Shown in pieces: positions 61,201 to 64,000 of a DNA stretch of 64,000 bases. How positions within the stretch are numbered: the stretch's first letter is position 1; each line of letters starts with the position of its first letter. A program made the translations under genes and the position numbers. Source of the DNA: Glaucostegus cemiculus (lineage: Eukaryota); NCBI GenBank assembly GCA_976551045.1, contig CDPCPM010000007.1:15500001-15564000 (forward strand). Direction: 5' to 3'. The notes under the pieces were generated by a model. It did no database searches. It saw only the letters and a list, made by a program, of their open reading frames with translations, and was not told the DNA's origin.

Positions 61201-62649
61201 GCTTTACTTTAGACTCTACCAATATGATTCAGGGAGCACTTAATGGAATGTGCAAGTATGCTATCAGCTTTGTTGGACATTTCAGTGCCTGTTTTGAACT
61301 TGGAAAACATGTGCAACATCAACGCATTTATGACTGAAATGACTGCTTTTCAGATGAAGTTCAATGGTCTGGATTACCCATAGAATTATACTTAGGCCAC
61401 TTCCTTCAAGCTCAAAGAAGAATACACTTGTCTACATGTTGGTGCATTGGTGCATAGATGGTGAGACAGTGTTTGCAAAGCACCTCAGATCTGAAAATCA
61501 GGAAACTGTTTTGATGAAATTTAACAGAAATAGAAAAGACAATTTGAAATATGTCAAATTTCCCTATTCATTCATAAAAGGTGTTGTAATCACAAATGCA
61601 CATTATAGACTTACAGTTCATTGATGATTAGAAGACACAGATACCATTGAAACAGCTGTTCATCTCTTATTTGATATAAGAGAAAATAATCATCTATCTT
61701 AAGCAGAAGTCTTATTCACAACAAATAAATTGGTCAGAGCATCATTAATTTTTCTGCTGACCTCAGTTCAGAATATCTAGAAAGCTATATTTGGCTCAAA
61801 TAGGCATCCATATATCCTTTGTAACTTTACTTTCCTCTTTACAAAGTCACAGGTTTTTGCCACAACAAAAGAAGTAAAACAAAGAGAGTGAACATCATTT
61901 CTACTTTATCAGCATAGAGAAAATATATTTATGTGTGTGAAATTCAGAGTGCAGTGCATGTCATATCAAAATTATGTTTACAAAAATGGGTCATTCAATG
62001 AAGATTTAAGATTTGGCTCTTCACAGTAATCAAAGCATTAACTTGGCCAAAAGACAAACTTTTTCCATTTCCATGTGGCATTTCAACTCATTACTCGTCT
62101 TGTTTTACTTCGGCAGTGGAAAATTATGTGCTGACAAACCAAATATTGTTCTGAATGGGATTCTCTATTCAACAGTTCTTGTTAACCACTTTACAATATT
62201 AAACCAGGTACTGATGGCATCAGAAGTGAGAGTGTCCAGGCCCTCCTTGAACAATCCAAAATGTCAACATGCTGCATGTCAGTCAGCTTTTTTCTTGGGA
62301 GAATAGAAGCTGACGATCTGTGAGGAACTCATCAACAGACTTGAGAGAAAAAAGGAATGGAACAAAGTGAATGATACTAAAATGCCCACAGAAACCTGAG
62401 AGAAATCAGGTATCCCACAGAGCAATTAAAAGGAAAACAGCAGACAGTTAACTGGCTCATGTTGTATTAACGTAACGTAATGGGGGAGAAACAAATATAA
62501 TAACAAATAAAAATAGAGGGAAGAGTGAACATCGGAATACTCAAGCTAAGGGCAGAAGATAAGACAGCAGGCCAGGAATCAGCTGGCTGACAAGGATATC
62601 CTGCCCTGCCAGCACTTTGCAAGATCTGCATCTTGGGGAAAAAAAAAGA

Positions 62650-63010
62650 AAGATGTGGATTTATACATCACCTTTCATGTCCCTGTCAGAGCTTCCAAAA
62701 ATGCCTTACAGCCAGTGAAGTACTTTTGAATTTTTACCATTGCAATTTGAGCACAGCAAAATCCCATAAAGAGTAGTGTTGTTATAAACCATTTTTTGAT
62801 GTTGTTTCAGGGACAAATATTATCCTTCAGAAGGACCTTACAAGTGATCTTTCGCATCCATCTGAGAGTGTAGATGGCACCATGGTTTAGCCTCTCACGG
62901 GAAAATTGGCACCTCCAACAGTGCGGCACTCTGGAATTTTCATGCTGAAGGCTCTAGAGTGGAACTTACTCCCAGACTGATTCTGACAGAGTACAAAATG
63001 TTGTCAATTG
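62650..63010 (-). mobile_element. Ancient DeuSINE-like (SacSINE1/AmnSINE-type) relic
   Basis: CTTACAGCCAGTGAAGTACTTTTGAA, CACAGCAAAATCCCA, CATCCATCTGAGAG and GGCACCTCCAACAGTGCGGCACTC blocks typical of Deu-domain SINEs. Similar weaker relics at about 36085-36300, and L2-type tails at 12720-12810, 15100-15260 and 28690-28770. Confidence 0.6.
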
Positions 63011-63617
63011 AAGTTCAGCACCTGATATACCACACCAGACAATGACTTTGCTTAATATCTATAGTCTTTAGTTACACAACTCTTAAGTTAGTTTTACAAC
63101 TTCTAAACATCACTACTTTGCATTCAGATGTTACCCATTCTAGATGATCGTGGCCAGGGTTCAATGCAGTGAGCTTTTCCCCAGGTTCCTGGCACAGGGT
63201 CTTCTTCTGTGATAGTTATTCTCCAGAGTTATTGCTCCTGGTCATCCTGTGAGGCACCTTTTTACACACCTACTTTACATACTTCCTAAGCATTGCTTTG
63301 ATCTTAATGCCAGTTGCGTGGCTATAAGTCAACTCCTTTTCCATATATGGACTTCTTTCTTTCATTTCTTCAAATTCCTGCTAGCACTGTTCCATCATCA
63401 CTTCAACCATCACTCCTGTAATTATCAGGACGTCTGTTCGTAGTGAAACATCTTTATCTGTTCCCAGGATCAGTTCGCAGAGCTGTGTTGGCACAACTCA
63501 AATTTCTCACATGACTGTGCCCTTTTTGTTCTGCTACTCACTACAAAATTACAGTTCCATCTCCTGACCAACCCCCCCCTAAAAAATATCAACATTTTCA
63601 TTTTGACTTCTCACTGG

Positions 63618-63922
63618 ACGGCACGGTAGCACAGTGGTTAGCACAATGCTTTACAGCGCCAGTGACCCGGGTTCAAATCCGGCCACTGTCTGTAAGTAGT
63701 TTGTACGTTCTCCCCGTGTCTGTGTGGGTTTCCTCTAGGTGATCCGGTTTCCTCCCAAATTCCAAAGATGTACAGGTTAGGAAGTTATGGGTATGCTATG
63801 TTGGCGCTGGAAGCGTGGCGACACTTGCAGTCTGCTCCCCAAAATCACTACGCAAAAGATGTATTTCAATGTGTGTTTCGATGTACATGTGACTAATAAA
63901 GATCTTACCTTCTCTTACCTTA
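63618..63922 (+). mobile_element. tRNA-derived V-SINE, type B tail
   Basis: GGCACGGTAGCACAGTGGTTAG head; GGGTTCAAATCC B-box; V-domain; GTACATGTGACTAATAAAG tail. Confidence 0.9.
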
Positions 63923-64000
63923 CTTCTGTTGAAGATGAGATCTAAAGTTAATATCAGAATTTTTTTTTGATGCTATCACTGAAGTCTGCAAGGTGCCTCA

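Noticed and set aside
63270-63500. Nearly open minus-strand frame (CELILGTDKDV...EFEEMKERSPY)
   Set aside because: Internal stop, no splice signals or recognisable domain.

Overview
Eukaryotic, AT-rich, repeat-dense vertebrate DNA. The repeat families (tRNA-derived V-SINE/HE1-like SINEs, CR1 LINEs with an SGNH esterase ORF1, Rex1/Babar LINEs, Penelope-like terminal repeats, DeuSINE-like relics) point to a cartilaginous fish, probably a shark or ray (inference). I could not identify any host protein-coding exon with confidence, so the window is probably intergenic or within a large intron. Main content: (1) a young CR1 LINE (54684-58293, minus) with an intact 1033-codon APE+RT ORF2 and the 3' part of ORF1, plus a near-identical 5'-truncated sister copy (21560-23079); (2) layers of nested older elements (CR1, Rex1/Babar, RTE, Gypsy, Harbinger, Penelope), two solo LTRs and seven V-SINE copies; (3) a repeat-poor, enhancer-like block (about 47.2-49.6 kb) with tandem RFX X-boxes; (4) a 3.4 kb degenerate 28-bp minisatellite. 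The most interesting signal is at the CR1 ORF1/ORF2 junction: a canonical -1 frameshift heptamer (U UUA AAC) directly before the ORF1 stop, whose -1 frame is ORF2. This suggests programmed ribosomal frameshifting to an esterase-endonuclease-RT fusion protein. Other notable points: one SINE head/core carried on two different LINE tails, a non-coding Rex1-derived element, hammerhead-like Penelope palindromes and three short local non-tandem duplications. Boundaries of decayed repeats are approximate, and family names come from motif recognition, not a database search.
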